A stretch of 62,118 bases of DNA, counting the filler, from Choristocarpus tenellus KU-1152 (Eukaryota; Protista; Phaeophyceae), in NCBI GenBank assembly GCA_964200185.2. It is 11 parts of 11 records of this genome, joined end to end, with 100 filler letters (N's around TTAATTAATTAA, not from the genome) between each part and the next. Parts side by side here need not be neighbours in the genome. Positions count along the whole stretch, not along the records: positions 50,565 to 62,118 come from CAXNAD020002261.1; 10 more parts are not named here. One strand, written 5' to 3'. Each line of letters starts with the position of its first letter. The first letter of the stretch is position 1. The position numbers were made by a program, and so were the translations under genes. Under the pieces are notes generated by a model. That model saw only the letters and a list, made by a program, of their open reading frames with translations, had not been told where the DNA came from and made no database searches. Of this stretch, positions 60,975-62,118 are shown in pieces.

Positions 60975-62118
60975 GTAGGGTTCGTGCAGCCTTGCAAGAT
61001 TTCTTTTCCATCGACTTGATTGGTTGCATATCCCTGAGTGTAAGTGTGTGTGCGTGCGTGACTGTGTGTCTACCTTATAGACTACTTCAAAGTACCCCTC
61101 GATGGTACAATGTGGCAAATGGTATAATTTTTTAAGTTCGTGAAGAGGCAATTTAGGCATACGTTCTTACTCACAGAAGACAGGTTGCGAAAGTAAGTTG
61201 TATCTGACTTACGTCTTGCAACTCAATGTTACACACTCTCACAGAAATTGGAACCTTGGAGCCTTGGTTTAGACAGCTGCCGAATTCTGGGCTTGTCTAT
61301 GGCAAGTGCACAAGTCAAGGGCACAGTCATCACCTCAGTATTGATTTGCATGATCTTGTGGTTGAGAACCTTGATTCCAATTGCTACATAACTGTGTGAT
61401 CAAGATATAATAGTAACAGTTGGCAGTGATATATGTTACTTTGAGTATATGTACAAACATGCATACACACTACCAATCGTTTCATTATTTACTTACTATT
61501 GCTACTCTAGATCCTGTCTTGCACGGCAATCAAAGGTGGTGTCGAATTGATATTACAGTTTTTTGTTTCACAATAGATATGCATCCTGTAAAGCTCCAAT
61601 ACTTTAAGACCAAGCCGCTGCCTTTCAGAGGCTTGCATAGTATACTCTATTGTTACAGGCGAATAGCACGAGCATTTCTTCTCATGTTTTAGCAAACACA
61701 AACATTTGTGGCAGGCGAATAGTGCGAGCATTGTTTCTCGCATTCTAACAAATGCAAACAATATACAAGATTAGTAAGACATAGGTAGCCTTAAAGAATA
61801 AATGCTGATTTCGTAGAAGATACAGAGCAAGATTCGTAATGCATACGTAACATTACAGAAGAAAACGTCAAAGCTCCTAAGAAGTTGCAGAATAAAGGTT
61901 TATGATTGGAGTACGTATAGAGCAGTTGCATAGAAGACCAAAGAAATTGGGTGGATGACAAAAATAAGAAGAGGGCTTTTGTTCAAATCCATTATCCCTC
62001 TTAAATCAGTCTTTTATCTTGAACGAAACATTGAGTCGAGCTTTGAGCTAAGCACTGAGTGGAGTATCAAGAGAAGGCTGTCTGACACCCAACAAACTAT
62101 TATCAAGGGCAACGTCCC

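Overview
Eukaryotic draft-genome DNA made of 11 separate contigs joined by artificial 100-bp linkers (44 N + TTAATTAATTAA + 44 N), so adjacency across linkers means nothing. Short GT-AG exons in long, transposon-filled introns, ciliary genes, a P-class PPR gene and the TE types suggest a flagellated ochrophyte, probably a brown alga or close relative (inference). Supported genes, mostly partial: a Y_phosphatase3-type protein tyrosine phosphatase (3 exons, -), LRRC56/ODA8 (3 exons, -), a GH16 beta-1,3-glucanase-like gene (2 exons, -), BBS1 (5 exons, +), an uninterrupted 19-repeat PPR ORF (+), and a weakly supported unknown gene head-to-head with it. The rest is mostly repeats: two related, abundant MITE families sharing a CAAAGTATCT terminal core with mostly 3-bp TSDs, a third MITE with 4-bp TSDs, CRE-like LINE 3' ends, mariner and pogo relics, a ~119-bp satellite and several long fold-backs. 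The most interesting observation is that the standard PPR code read across the array predicts 5'-UYUU(R)A(R)YAA(R)AGG(R)GGU-3', ending in a Shine-Dalgarno-like AGGAGGU. This is a prediction, not a demonstrated function.
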